Assembly: GCA_963667175.2 (NCBI GenBank)
Contig: CAXXXF010000006.1
Coordinates: 1-64,000, forward strand
Length of the DNA stretch: 64,000 nt
Origin: Candidatus Latescibacterota bacterium
GTDB taxonomy: Bacteria; Latescibacterota; UBA2968; GCA-2709665
Direction: 5' to 3'
Shown here: piece by piece, positions 40,300 to 50,548 of the stretch
Layout: each line of letters starts with the position of its first letter
Numbering within the stretch: the stretch's first letter is position 1
Notes under the pieces: model-generated
The model's input: the letters and a program-made list of their open reading frames with translations, nothing else
The model's database searches: none
What the model was told of the DNA's origin: nothing
Position numbers and translations under genes: made by a program

Positions 40300-40383
40300 G
40301 CACATCATTGATGATTGTCTTGGGTTATTGATCATTTACTTCCTGTATACGACACCTACCGGGCGTGTTGATGAAAATTATCA

Positions 40384-40560
40384 TCAGACGGCAAAGGGCG
40401 CCTTGGTTGGTTTGCGACGTGGAAATGACACGGGCTTGCGGGACAATCGGGCTTGCCGCTTTTGAATATCTTCAAAAATAGCATCAATATCGTAATCAAA
40501 CTTAGCCGCGTATTGCTCACGGAGCTTCCGTGTTTCTTCCACTATCGGATCTTTCCACAT
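40384..40560 (-). CDS. Small partner of PIN toxin (putative antitoxin), 58 aa
   Basis: MWKDPIVEETRKLREQYAAKFDYD; GGAGG RBS; below ORF-track cutoff. Confidence 0.8.
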   Translation of the reverse strand: MWKDPIVEETRKLREQYAAKFDYDIDAIFEDIQKRQARLSRKPVSFPRRKPTKAPFAV

Positions 40561-40563
40561 AAC

Positions 40564-41037
40564 TCAACCCTCCATCAGTTCCTGAGGTGTGCAGATGATA
40601 GGCGGTGCAAAACCTTGTTGAAAACAGATCTCTTCTATCCGCGGTCTCAAGGCCGCATTTGCAATGTGCATGCAATTCCACGTGAGCAGATATTCCATGC
40701 CGTGCACCGCTGCAACTGCGATATGGTAGGCATCCATTTCAGCTGTGTCCGGAATCGGTCCTTCAAGAACCAGTTTTCTGGCAAGTTCCCTGACTGCTTC
40801 GGTCACCGCAAGCTTTGGTAAAGCTTCAATGGCATCCAGACGTCTCTGCGCAAACTCAGGATCTCCAAGGCTCGCTTCTGCGGAAATCAGTTCGGAAACA
40901 AAGAGATCGAAATCGGGCCGACGTGTGTCCCACCACTCAATGGTTGTACTCTGATTTGCCGCAACCCTGAGGTCGTTGCTTAAACGTGCGGCCAGATAAC
41001 TGAGCATCGATGTTTCTATGTAGACCTTTGGCTTCAC
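40564..41037 (-). CDS. PIN-domain (VapC-like) protein
   Basis: VYIETS, DAYHIA and LLTWNC.HIAN motifs. Confidence 0.9.
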   Translation of the reverse strand: MKPKVYIETSMLSYLAARLSNDLRVAANQSTTIEWWDTRRPDFDLFVSELISAEASLGDPEFAQRRLDAIEALPKLAVTEAVRELARKLVLEGPIPDTAEMDAYHIAVAAVHGMEYLLTWNCMHIANAALRPRIEEICFQQGFAPPIICTPQELMEG

Positions 41038-41192
41038 TGGTTACTCCAGTTTGCATATTTGATTACCTACTGATTGTGTAAGAAGGACTCAATCAATCTC
41101 AGTCCTGAAAAATACCTGAAAAAATCCAGGATGAGGCCATAATTCTTGTGTGCGATCATTTTGGGTGGCGCGTTGAGGTTTTCGCGCTGCTT

Positions 41193-41295
41193 GCATTTAA
41201 CGGCGCGCCGGTTTGCGAACCGAGAAGGGAGTTGCCGAAGGCCAGGGCTCAGTTGCCCAAGACGTGCTACATTAAGCAGATATCGGCGGCTATGC
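41193..41295 (-). other. attC-like site
   Basis: ATTTAAC-GGCGC-GCCGGTTTGCGAACC...GCAGATATCGGC-GGCTATGC. Confidence 0.6.
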
Positions 41296-41305
41296 GAAGC
41301 CCCGG

Positions 41306-41884
41306 TCAAATCTCCCAACCTGACTGATATGTACGGCCTTTGAGGCGTTGGGCAAGTTCGACAAATACTGTCAACGACTTCCTCACTCGTGAAGTTGACG
41401 CCTGGTCCAGTTTATTGTCCGACGTCCAGTTTGCTTCGTGCACGTATACATTGTAAGGACTCACGATGCATTTGAAGTCGAGAATCATCGAGACGGCCAG
41501 CGACGTAAACGCCATATAGCTGTGCGGCACACCACCCGAATTGACAAACATCACTACCTTGTCATAGAAGGCGCCTCTGAGCGATCCGCCTGGTGGCGTA
41601 GAGCCAATATACTCGACGAATTTCTTGAGCTCGGAGCAACAGGCCCAGTTGTAGACCGGACTGGCCAATATTACCGCATCAGATGCCGAAACGATCCTGT
41701 GGCACGATTGGTACACCTCAGACGAATAGATCTCGTCGTCGTCGAAATTCGGCGGATCAAGCTGACAAAGATCGATGAAATCAACCTGGATGCCCCTGTC
41801 TTCCAGCGCGGTCCGACACATAATGGCCAGCACCCTGCTTCGACTATCGGCCTTGAGACTGCTGCTGACGACCGAAATCCTCAT
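41306..41884 (-). CDS. NADPH-dependent FMN reductase
   Basis: SSSL..SRS and ASPVYNW motifs. Confidence 0.88.
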   Translation of the reverse strand: MRISVVSSSLKADSRSRVLAIMCRTALEDRGIQVDFIDLCQLDPPNFDDDEIYSSEVYQSCHRIVSASDAVILASPVYNWACCSELKKFVEYIGSTPPGGSLRGAFYDKVVMFVNSGGVPHSYMAFTSLAVSMILDFKCIVSPYNVYVHEANWTSDNKLDQASTSRVRKSLTVFVELAQRLKGRTYQSGWEI

Positions 41885-42016
41885 CTGGAACTTTCCTCAA
41901 AGTCGGCACGCATCTGGCGCCCGGCTTCCCACCGGAATCCGAACACCGAAACCTGACGAGGGGCAGCTGCGGGATATGGCGAAACAGACGCGCCAGCGCG
42001 CAACAAAAGGATTGCA

Positions 42017-42457
42017 CTACTCGATTGCGTTCATTGACGCTGCCAGCAAGTCAATCTTGTCGTCGTAGTTGGCAACGAGTTCCGGAAGTGAACTGACGTC
42101 GGCCCAAAAGAACTCGAATGGATGGATGACGGTTCCGTCCTCCGCATGTTCTCCGTGGCGCCATGTTTCTTCCGTCGGCCCTTCCACAGACAGATGAAAG
42201 AACCAGCGAAACTGCAGTTCATCGCTGCCGCAGTCCCGCATGTCCCGGGTATCCCGGCCCAGGAACCGTTCAAATCTCAGCCCGGTTAATCCGGTCTCTT
42301 CCCTTGCTTCACGCATCACCGCATCCCGAGGACTCTCTCCGGGCTCAATCGTCCCAGCAGGCACCTGAATACCGGCCTCGGGCGCCACGGGTTGCGTAAA
42401 GAGGAGCAGCCGGCTCCCGTTGGTGATATAGGCGTAGGCTCTGTGGCGCGTCTTCAT
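42017..42457 (-). CDS. NUDIX hydrolase
   Basis: PAGTIEPGESPRDAVMREAREETG. Confidence 0.92.
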   Translation of the reverse strand: MKTRHRAYAYITNGSRLLLFTQPVAPEAGIQVPAGTIEPGESPRDAVMREAREETGLTGLRFERFLGRDTRDMRDCGSDELQFRWFFHLSVEGPTEETWRHGEHAEDGTVIHPFEFFWADVSSLPELVANYDDKIDLLAASMNAIE

Positions 42458-42841
42458 TGGAGTAGGGGTTGGCTAGACCCTGGTCCCATATGGGCTACAA
42501 GATACTCGGCACCCCGAAGCCGGAGGTGCCGTATAAACCGATGTGGAGTTCTGCCGGACCATAGTAAAATTCAAGACGCAATGAACACGCGAAGCGCGGA
42601 CTGCGCAGTTACAGGACGCGTGCACTACTTGCGGGCATCCGTCCATCCCATCTCTCTGCGTTGTTTGGTGCACGGCTTGTCGCAGTGCACTCACTGCGCG
42701 CGTACTCGTCCTGCCTCTTCACGGAGCTGACGTCAACCGACTGGGTTTTTGATTCAAGCTGAGTGCTGAAAGCTGACGGCTGATAGCAGTCTTCGATGCT
42801 CCCGGTCGGTCGAATCCCGGCAGTCAATCCCGGAGGCAGCA

Positions 42842-43489
42842 CTAGGGCCACTTGTAGTGGCGTATCTTCGGATCGCGGTATTTCGCTCGAGTGTCCCACC
42901 ACATTGCAATGCCGATCCCTCCCCCGTCGTAGCTGGCATCGGTCACCTGGTTGACGAGTTTACCGTCAATATAGGTCGTCAGCGAGCGGTGCCGGGCAGA
43001 AATGATGAGGTGGTACTCGCGCCCTTTCTCCAGCGGATAGTTGACGACACTGAGCTTGGTGACACCGTGTCGGTCCGGATCACGCAACGTGACGTTTATC
43101 GACTGCCAGGCATAATCGAACTCCACGAAATAGAAGCCTTTCCTGTCGTCAGTCACGCGGAACGGGAACTGCATGCACGAGCCCTTTTCCAGCGTGACAA
43201 AAAGCGAATATTCGTAGTTCTTCCAGTTGGAATCACCCTGAAACAGATGGGACTTGCGTTTGCCGTCCAGTTTCCCGACAACGGCGTCGCCATTGCGAGA
43301 CCATGCTCCGGATGACGTGGTCGGCCCCCAACCTTCGAGGCCGTTACCCTGAAGAAGGGTTTGCCAGGGGATGATCAGGCCGTCGGGGCGGCTCCGGCCA
43401 TAGTCGTCCTCCGGACCTGCGGCCGCTTCGTTGCGAGGCACTGCTGCCAGGAGCATCGTGAGTACGCCAAACAGAATGAGTTGACTCAT
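42842..43489 (-). CDS. Secreted DUF1080 (3-keto-disaccharide hydrolase-like) protein
   Basis: Signal peptide, LLQGNGLEGW, WKNYE and IDGKLV. Confidence 0.8.
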   Translation of the reverse strand: MSQLILFGVLTMLLAAVPRNEAAAGPEDDYGRSRPDGLIIPWQTLLQGNGLEGWGPTTSSGAWSRNGDAVVGKLDGKRKSHLFQGDSNWKNYEYSLFVTLEKGSCMQFPFRVTDDRKGFYFVEFDYAWQSINVTLRDPDRHGVTKLSVVNYPLEKGREYHLIISARHRSLTTYIDGKLVNQVTDASYDGGGIGIAMWWDTRAKYRDPKIRHYKWP

Positions 43490-43535
43490 GCTGTTATCCC
43501 TGATTTCGCCATCGGGTGTGTCTGAACGCCGGCGT

Positions 43536-43880
43536 TTATTGTCGTGCGTCTGGCGCCAAGACATCAGCGAGTGTTTCTGTCGCCCACTGATTGATACTCT
43601 TTCCACTTACTTCAGCAGCCATCGCGATCGCCGCGTGAACCTCTGGAGGAACGCGCAACATCAGTTTGCCGGAATACGGCTTTTGAGGGGGTCTGTTGAG
43701 CTTTTCACAGGTTTCTAGATAGTCGTCAACCGATTCTTCAAAAGCATAACGCAGTTCCTCAACTGATTCGCCGTGAAAGCCTACCACGTCATTGATCCCT
43801 GCAATATGACCAATGAAGCAGCCATCTTCATCACTATAGTCAATCCTAGCCGCATATCCTCTATGGGTCATCGTGTTCAT
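43536..43880 (-). CDS. hicB: HicB antitoxin
   Basis: FEESVDDYL, PYSGKLMLRV and SINQW. Confidence 0.92.
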   Translation of the reverse strand: MNTMTHRGYAARIDYSDEDGCFIGHIAGINDVVGFHGESVEELRYAFEESVDDYLETCEKLNRPPQKPYSGKLMLRVPPEVHAAIAMAAEVSGKSINQWATETLADVLAPDARQ

Positions 43881-44131
43881 GGAGTAACTCCTGCCCGTTG
43901 TAGAAAACGTCTGGCATCACGCACTTGATAGAATCTTGCCTCCCTGTGAGGGTGAGGTCGGTGAAAGGTGGCGACGACACCATTGAACGCAAACCGCACC
44001 CGCGAACCTCTGCCTTCAATTGATTCAGCTCCAATTGCCTTGAATAAAGCTTCAATACGCCTCCACTCCAGTCCCGCAGGAACGGGCGTTTTGAAGATAT
44101 CAGCCAAAGTATCCCGGTGCCGTTTGTTCAC
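43877..44131 (-). CDS. hicA: HicA toxin
   Basis: GRGSRVRF..FHRPHP; ATGA overlap with hicB. Confidence 0.92.
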   Translation of the reverse strand: MNKRHRDTLADIFKTPVPAGLEWRRIEALFKAIGAESIEGRGSRVRFAFNGVVATFHRPHPHREARFYQVRDARRFLQRAGVTP

Positions 44132-44135
44132 GAGT

Positions 44136-44166
44136 AAATGATATCACAATCTGATATCATTTGCAA
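44136..44166 (-). promoter_or_regulatory. sigma70 promoter with overlapping palindromic operator for hicAB
   Basis: TTGCAA-N17-TATCAT; perfect IR AAATGATATCA-N5-TGATATCATTT. Confidence 0.85.
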
Positions 44167-44223
44167 GGGATTTATCGTGGCCGAAGACAAGGCGCGGGAC
44201 CGACGCGAATCCTCGGATTCGGC

Positions 44224-44259
44224 GAAGGAGCACCTGCCTGTTGGCGGGCAGGCTCCTTC
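44224..44259. terminator. GC-rich hairpin directly after stop codon
   Basis: GAAGGAGC-A-CCTGCCTG-TTGG-CGGGCAG-GCTCCTTC; no U-tract. Confidence 0.4.
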
Positions 44260-44260
44260 A

Positions 44261-45082
44261 CTATGCAAAAACGAGATTGTACAGCTTCGCGGCTTGCTCG
44301 AAAGCAAGCCTTACGAATTCATCCCTTTCCTTCACCCTCGAATGTTCCGTCAGGACCTCAAGAGTAATCGGTCCGCCGTAGTCGGTGTTGCGGATAATGC
44401 CGCACAGATTCTCCCAGTCAATGAAGCCATCGCCGGGGATGACATGGTCAACGTACTCACGGACCCGATCTGACAGGTGAAGTGCCAGAAGCCGGTCTGA
44501 CATCGCCTCAAGCAAGGTGAAGGGCCTTGGGCCTCCCATCTGATCGTGTGAAGAATCATAGCAAAACCCGAAAACCTCAACTGGCAGACTGTCAAGAGCG
44601 CGCCGAACAAGATCCGTAGCGGGGCCGGGATGCACATTCTCGAGTGCCAACTTAATTCCGGTGTCCCGAAGGGTTGAAGTCAGAGCCTCGCAGGTGGCGA
44701 GAGCCGCATCCAGGTGTTTGTGCGTCTCCTCTGGCTCAAGGACGAATGGCCCGGCGTGTACGACGACGATCGATACATCGAGAAAGGCCGCGGATTCAAC
44801 CGTGGCGGCAAGGGTCGAACACGCGCGTGGAAGATGAAGCGGCTTGCCGTGAATTGTGTCTATATGCAGGTCGCAGTCAAGCAGGAGATCCCGCAACCCG
44901 GATCTTTTCGTGTCACCCAGGTACCTTGCGTGTGGTTCTTGCGCTCCAAGCGAAACATGCGTAAATCCTGCGTCTGCTATCGTGGGAAGCAAATCCTCAA
45001 GTGCACAGTCATACGCAAAGGAGGTAGCTATGGATGTTTTCGGGTGGTTCAAGTGACCTCGCTTCAGGATGGCTCCGTTCAC
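44261..45082 (-). CDS. Sugar phosphate isomerase/epimerase TIM barrel
   Basis: LALEN, YDSSHD, LHLSD and ITLEV motifs. Confidence 0.9.
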   Translation of the reverse strand: MNGAILKRGHLNHPKTSIATSFAYDCALEDLLPTIADAGFTHVSLGAQEPHARYLGDTKRSGLRDLLLDCDLHIDTIHGKPLHLPRACSTLAATVESAAFLDVSIVVVHAGPFVLEPEETHKHLDAALATCEALTSTLRDTGIKLALENVHPGPATDLVRRALDSLPVEVFGFCYDSSHDQMGGPRPFTLLEAMSDRLLALHLSDRVREYVDHVIPGDGFIDWENLCGIIRNTDYGGPITLEVLTEHSRVKERDEFVRLAFEQAAKLYNLVFA

Positions 45083-45098
45083 GTTCCCGCAGCACTTC

Positions 45099-45190
45099 GG
45101 CTGACGTCCTCACCACCTTCGATCCCGTGGGTGCGGGGTGAGTGCGACCACCAGGCGCTTCTGCCATGCAGCGCAAAATGGACGTAAGAC
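45099..45190 (-). other. Degenerate attC-like site
   Basis: GGCTGAC-GTCC...GGAC-GTAAGAC. Confidence 0.35.
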
Positions 45191-45209
45191 TTCAACCGGT
45201 GATTTTCAC

Positions 45210-46139
45210 TCAGTTAATTCTCTGCGGGCGTAACGTTCGGTTCGGCGCTTCCGCAAAAGACGCGATAGAGGAGGTGCGCGCATGGCCGCCACTCTGCCTC
45301 CGCTTTTCGAGAATCCTGCGGAGTTCACCATGCTCCCAGTTCCCACTATCGCCATCCTCACGCCACTTCATGTTGTATGTCTCTCGCTTGCAGACGTCCA
45401 GGTACTTTGGCGCCAGCGTGAGCCACGTCCTCCCTGAAGTGACACTTCCGAAGCCGTTAAAGCATGGGGAGTGCATGTAGAGCAGGTTCTTCGCCATGTA
45501 CGTCAGATAGTCTTCCGAGCTATACCTGGCGCCATTGTAACTCAGTTCGTCATTGCTGAAAATAGCCTTGTGCCGGCAGAGTCGGTCCCTTGTCTCCCAT
45601 GGATTCAGGATCAGTCCGTCAGAGTCAGACAGATATGCATTGTACGAAGGGTCAACCATCACCCACTTCGAGTGAGAAGTACTCCAAACCACCGTAACAA
45701 TATGATTATCATAGTCATACGGATTCAGAGGATTCAGAGATATCAATCTGCTCGGCAATCCCAGAGACAGACAGGCTTCTGTCAGCACGATAGAAAGCAT
45801 GTAGCAGTTGATGCCATAGTCCTCGCCTTTGCCGAACGAATACCTCAGAAGTCCCGAAGCGTTCATAGGAAGGGATTTGCAGACTTCGGGCAGCGATTTG
45901 GTTATGTCGCCTCGGTGGCATACGCCTTCAGACATCCACTGCATTAAGTTCAGAATCCCGGACCATTCGTCTCCACCTCCGGCAACCTGATCAAGTCGGT
46001 ATGTCTCGCGCAGCCGCTCGATCTCAGGATGTGAGAGTTCATATTGGAAGCCAGGCGCCGACTCGTCTGGCAACGAATCAAACTCGTCAAACAGGCGCAA
46101 GAGCCCGCAGTGTAGCCTGAACTGGTAATTCATCGTCAT
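45210..46139 (-). CDS. Transglutaminase-like domain protein
   Basis: Cys(INCY)-His(NHIV)-Asp(WVMVDPS) triad. Confidence 0.88.
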   Translation of the reverse strand: MTMNYQFRLHCGLLRLFDEFDSLPDESAPGFQYELSHPEIERLRETYRLDQVAGGGDEWSGILNLMQWMSEGVCHRGDITKSLPEVCKSLPMNASGLLRYSFGKGEDYGINCYMLSIVLTEACLSLGLPSRLISLNPLNPYDYDNHIVTVVWSTSHSKWVMVDPSYNAYLSDSDGLILNPWETRDRLCRHKAIFSNDELSYNGARYSSEDYLTYMAKNLLYMHSPCFNGFGSVTSGRTWLTLAPKYLDVCKRETYNMKWREDGDSGNWEHGELRRILEKRRQSGGHARTSSIASFAEAPNRTLRPQRIN

Positions 46140-46177
46140 TACCTCAAGTTATGTTGATTCTATCTTCCCAATTGATA

Positions 46178-46260
46178 TATCATCCTCCCGGGCTGCGAAC
46201 CTGCGAAGCAGGTTGAGCGAAGGCGCGAATACGCAGGAGCCACAGCCCGTCGTGTTGCAA
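46178..46260 (-). other. attC-like site
   Basis: CGGGCTG/CAGCCCG stem, AACCTGCGAAGCAGGTT inner hairpin, TCGTGTT end as at 62224. Confidence 0.68.
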
Positions 46261-46694
46261 GCAGGCGGCCTGATCACGTGAAGCCCAGGAGGGCAATAGT
46301 CTACATAACCTGGGTCGCCAGTCCCAGCATGTGGTACACTTTTCCGCCTCCGCTTTCCTCAACTTCGACACAGGAGAACCCAATCTCACGAGCCGTCAGC
46401 AAGAAAGCTTCCGTGTTCCTGATCAGACAGCACGACGGGTGCATACGGTTACCCAGGACGGCGGGCATGGGAAGGTGCTGAAGAGCTTTTCAATGACGTC
46501 TCCAGTCTGAGCCGGGCAAGGACGTGTTATAGTAAGCGCCAAACCTGTTCTCTTACCGCAGCAATCTCAATTCCGCACACATTCCCGCCAGACGGCTTTG
46601 AAAGGCTTTCCTGTGTAATTCCATCAGGTACGAATAGGTGCTCGATCTCAAGATGCGTCCACTCTTGAAAGTGACCTTCAAGCTCGGATTGGGA

Positions 46695-46741
46695 GCGGCA
46701 ACAGGTTGTAATGAGAAAGTTTCATCTCGGTCGGCTGCCGC
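46695..46741 (-). other. Short attC-like hairpin abutting stop codon
   Basis: GCGGCAAC...GCTGCCGC. Confidence 0.35.
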
Positions 46742-47658
46742 TACTCGGGAGCCCCAAGTTCACGGAGTCTATCAATTTCCCGGTAGACCGCACGTTGTTC
46801 ACGGTCCAGAGTGCCGTCCGGCCCGGAGCGCCATCTCTGACGCGCCAATGCATAACCCAAAGGCGTGACTTCCTTGATTTCGCTCCCTACACAACATCTC
46901 GCCCGCATGGATAGATCCGGTCCGTGTCGCAGGAGACAATCGAAGGCTTCGTAGCAAGAGCCAAAGGCGCGCCCAATTGTGTGAAAGATGGGCGTCTGTT
47001 CACCGGTTCCATCAAAGATGATCTGGGTACGTCGCCCATCATTCGTCTCATGGATCGGACCGATCGCATCAATGTCCGCCCCATAATTGAGCAACAACTC
47101 CACGAACTCCGCATCGTTGTGGGCCGCAGCCACGTGAAGCAACGTGCCGCTGGTTGGTATGGCGTGCGAAGTGTCTTCGTGGATCTGGTGAATCAATAAC
47201 GGGTCCCGTTGAATTCGCCGCTCAAGGGAACTCAAATCGCCGCGATGAATATCCATGTAGGGTCCATCTTCATAATCAGCTCCGGCGTCGATGAGAACAT
47301 TCACGAATTCGTAACGCCACTGACCGGCAGAACCCAACCCGGCCATGAGTCCCGGATTGGGTCGCACGCCACGAGCGAGTAGACGCTTGACCTGCGCCAT
47401 GTCCCGATTACCAACGCAATGGGCGAGCGAGTGGTTCAGGAAATCAAGGTTTGCACCCGCGGCTAATAGCGCATCAATGCTTCCCTGTTGATCGCACGCA
47501 TTTGCGTAACGGATCGGCGTGATTAATCGCCGGCGTCCCTTGCTATCGGTCCATAGGAACTCCTGGCCGATCAGAGTTGGATCCCGATCCAGAAGTTCAT
47601 TGATGCGCGAGATATCGCCTTTCTCAATGGCTGTCTTCAACGGATTATCGGTGCCCAT
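46741..47658 (-). CDS. Ankyrin repeat protein
   Basis: TLLHVAAAHN..LLLNYGADID and TPLGYA. Confidence 0.88.
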   Translation of the reverse strand: MGTDNPLKTAIEKGDISRINELLDRDPTLIGQEFLWTDSKGRRRLITPIRYANACDQQGSIDALLAAGANLDFLNHSLAHCVGNRDMAQVKRLLARGVRPNPGLMAGLGSAGQWRYEFVNVLIDAGADYEDGPYMDIHRGDLSSLERRIQRDPLLIHQIHEDTSHAIPTSGTLLHVAAAHNDAEFVELLLNYGADIDAIGPIHETNDGRRTQIIFDGTGEQTPIFHTIGRAFGSCYEAFDCLLRHGPDLSMRARCCVGSEIKEVTPLGYALARQRWRSGPDGTLDREQRAVYREIDRLRELGAPE

Positions 47659-47687
47659 GCCTATTCGATGCTGTGATTTGGAATTTC

Positions 47688-47727
47688 ACATAACTACGGT
47701 ATTACCGGACAGTTACGGTAATTCGTA
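47688..47727 (-). other. Truncated attC (R'' missing)
   Basis: ACATAAC-TACGG-TATTACCG-loop-CGGTAAT-TCGTA. Confidence 0.55.
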
Positions 47728-48035
47728 TCTGGTCGGAGGATCTGCGAACGTTCGATTACGTTGGAGCTTGTAGCCGAAGATGTTCAGGAATACTATTAAT
47801 CGGCCACCGTCTCTAATCGAATCCTGCTTCATTCTCATTCGTTATTACATCAAGGTGCCTATGGGTTCTTGCGAGATCCGTATGCAGAATTGCCCAAAAT
47901 GAAGGTTATTTCCCGATGCCGGCGCATGTGATTTGAAGTAGACTCAGCTTCCCCGCTGTCACGACCGGTCGAGACAGCCAGGATTCTCTACAGTCCGCCG
48001 GATGAACTTGTAAACAGGGCAAACGAAACCGTAGA

Positions 48036-49478
48036 TCACGTACCTTTGAATCCCGCCAGATATTCGGCGATTTCCTTATGTCCCGCGTACCGTGCCCAGT
48101 CTTCCGGCGTGGCGTCGTGTCGATGATCTTTGATGTTCACGTCGATCCCTTTACGAACGAGATACACCACCTGTTCCATGCGGCCGGCGAAGGCGCATTC
48201 GTGCAGGATGCTGGCCGGCTCGTGGGTACTCCATCTCGTGTTGAAATTCGCGCCGTGATCCAGGAGATAGTCCGCGATCTCGTAATTCCCGTTCTGCACC
48301 GCCCACGCTAATGCCCTGTCGACGATCTCCTGAACGCTGGCCAATGCTGATTCCCCGGGTGGGCAGGCATACAAGGATGGATCGCCCAACCGCGGAAAGC
48401 CGTTCGCAAACCTTTTTGCGACTGCTTCCATGTTGCCCAGACCGGCAGCGTGGGGCAGATCGTCAGGCACTGGCCAGATCTGCGACAAGGCCGAAACGTA
48501 GTCGGCATTGCCGTATTCGAGAGCATAGAGGACGGCGCGAGACGCCGGCGGTTCAGCCGCTGTGGTGATGGCCGCGCCGGCCGTGATCACGGCTTCGATC
48601 ACCGGCAGTTTTCCCTCGGAGCAGGCCGCGACTGCAAGCAGCATTTCCTGGGTCTTGAGATAGCGGGGTCCCAGTAGAAAGGGTTCGGTCGCGAGCAGAT
48701 CGCGAATGGAATCCGCGTCTCCGTCGTCCAATGCAGCCAACAGCCGCAATTCCACGGCCCGGCGCCAGATCAGACCGGGATCGTCGTCCGCCTCCCTGTA
48801 GGAAAGCGTTTGTCTTCCCCCCTCAGGCCCCTTCTCCAGCAGGAAATCGATAAAGGCCATTTTCCCCCGCCAGGCGTCCACGCGAGTTCCTAGATCGTCG
48901 TCGAACCGAAGGCAACGATCCATCAGGAAGTGCGCGACGTCGTGATGACCCAACCGGCAGGCATAGAGGAACGCATCGGCAACGATCAGCCGGTCATCCG
49001 CTGGATCGGGCCAATCCGCCTCAGCGCCGGTGTAACCGGTGCGCAGTTCCGGCTCCGGGCGTCCGACGTCGTGCAGGCCGCCGGCGGGGTCGAAACATTC
49101 CCGCACCCCATCGAGATCGCCCCTCGCGGTCAACGTTCGAAGGTTTTCCGGCAGTACGCCCTTCCCGTCAAACAGCGCCAGCATGCCGTGGGCGCCGGTG
49201 TCGATTGCCCTCAAGTACACCCGGGGATGCATAACCGCGCCGGCGTCGAGCAGCAGGCCGGCGCAGTCGGGCCGGTTGAACACGGATTCATTCCCAGCGC
49301 CGGGAAAGTTGGAATACGAAATGGTGGCGTAAAGTAGAACGCCGCACTCGTCGTCCGGATTGTACCAGGTGAGCAGACCCGGGTGCTCCGAAACGAGGCT
49401 CTCAAGGCGAGCGGTATCGTTGGCGTCGATGGCCTTCACAGCTGCTTCTACAGCCCACTTCAACTCAGGAGCGGACAT
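48036..49478 (-). CDS. Ankyrin repeat protein
   Basis: YLLDHGANFN, ILHECAFAG and TPEDWARYAGH. Confidence 0.88.
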   Translation of the reverse strand: MSAPELKWAVEAAVKAIDANDTARLESLVSEHPGLLTWYNPDDECGVLLYATISYSNFPGAGNESVFNRPDCAGLLLDAGAVMHPRVYLRAIDTGAHGMLALFDGKGVLPENLRTLTARGDLDGVRECFDPAGGLHDVGRPEPELRTGYTGAEADWPDPADDRLIVADAFLYACRLGHHDVAHFLMDRCLRFDDDLGTRVDAWRGKMAFIDFLLEKGPEGGRQTLSYREADDDPGLIWRRAVELRLLAALDDGDADSIRDLLATEPFLLGPRYLKTQEMLLAVAACSEGKLPVIEAVITAGAAITTAAEPPASRAVLYALEYGNADYVSALSQIWPVPDDLPHAAGLGNMEAVAKRFANGFPRLGDPSLYACPPGESALASVQEIVDRALAWAVQNGNYEIADYLLDHGANFNTRWSTHEPASILHECAFAGRMEQVVYLVRKGIDVNIKDHRHDATPEDWARYAGHKEIAEYLAGFKGT

Positions 49479-49493
49479 CGGTATTTCTGTCTC

Positions 49494-50444
49494 CTACATG
49501 AGATAGCGAAACGCATCCTTCGCCCGCTGCAGCCTGGTCGTATCATCAACCAGACGGGCCAACTTGTGGAAACCATAGAGCGTTTTAATCCGGTGAGTCA
49601 GCCTTGCGCGATCCCTCCTTAGAGTGCCGGATTCCCAATAGACGGGGGTGCAGGGATCTTCTTCAGCCGGCGCTTCCGTCCCCAGTTCGTCCTCGACGTT
49701 CGGCAGGGTTCTCCACAGGCGGACATGACGATGGTGGGCCTCAAGTCCTTTCTGCGCCAGGTCAGCGTAGCCACACTCAGACAGATCGATCAGCGAAGCG
49801 GAATGGTTGATAACGTGCCACAATCCCCCGTATCCCTGTCTCCGTTCGGCAGCTGTCTCAAGAAGCTCATCCAACACCGCTTCGATCACGCCCTCCAGAT
49901 TGGAATACGGCGGAAAATCCGAATGTTCCGGCAACACGATCATGTCACCGTCGATCCGACCTTTTTCCCTCCCGTAGTAGCCGCTTCCAGCAGATGCCTG
50001 GTCAAAGCCCCCGATCAATTTGCATATGCCATCGATGATAGACGATGTTGCGTGCATGGGGTATTCCTGGAGCGCCCTAATGGAAAGAGAGGCGAAGATC
50101 ACGTTGTGACCCGAGGAGCGTGTTTCTCCGATGTTTCTGGAGAGGACATGGGCGATGCGGTCAATCTGATCTACCTGCACGGCTTCGTCCGGATACGGCA
50201 GAAACAGTTCCGGCGTTGTGATGGATCCGCCCTCGCCCGGGTCGAATACCGACTCACCATTGAGGACACGATCCAGTTCCTTTTCTATACCCGCATGAAC
50301 CTTCCTGTCCAATTCACTGTGTTCCTTACTGAAGAGATAGCCAGCGACGAGAGTTGCGCCCAAATGTCCTGTCATGGTATCCACAAGGTGGGCTCGGCTC
50401 AGTCCCAACAGCCCTTTTTCCAGATACTCAGGTCTAACCGCCAT
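49494..50444 (-). CDS. Hypothetical His-rich helical protein
   Basis: GHLGA, SGHNVIF, HVINH and HRIKTLYGF. Confidence 0.75.
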   Translation of the reverse strand: MAVRPEYLEKGLLGLSRAHLVDTMTGHLGATLVAGYLFSKEHSELDRKVHAGIEKELDRVLNGESVFDPGEGGSITTPELFLPYPDEAVQVDQIDRIAHVLSRNIGETRSSGHNVIFASLSIRALQEYPMHATSSIIDGICKLIGGFDQASAGSGYYGREKGRIDGDMIVLPEHSDFPPYSNLEGVIEAVLDELLETAAERRQGYGGLWHVINHSASLIDLSECGYADLAQKGLEAHHRHVRLWRTLPNVEDELGTEAPAEEDPCTPVYWESGTLRRDRARLTHRIKTLYGFHKLARLVDDTTRLQRAKDAFRYLM

Positions 50445-50548
50445 ATGTCTTCTCCACGCCTTGACTCAGTGAGTCAGGCAACTCCCAAATGGCTTTCCCT
50501 CGCATCTTGAAACAGATACCCATTGATAGCGAGACTGCGGGACGTCGG

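Noticed and set aside
46290-46690. Possible decayed gene
   Set aside because: Short open stretches in several frames but no recognisable family
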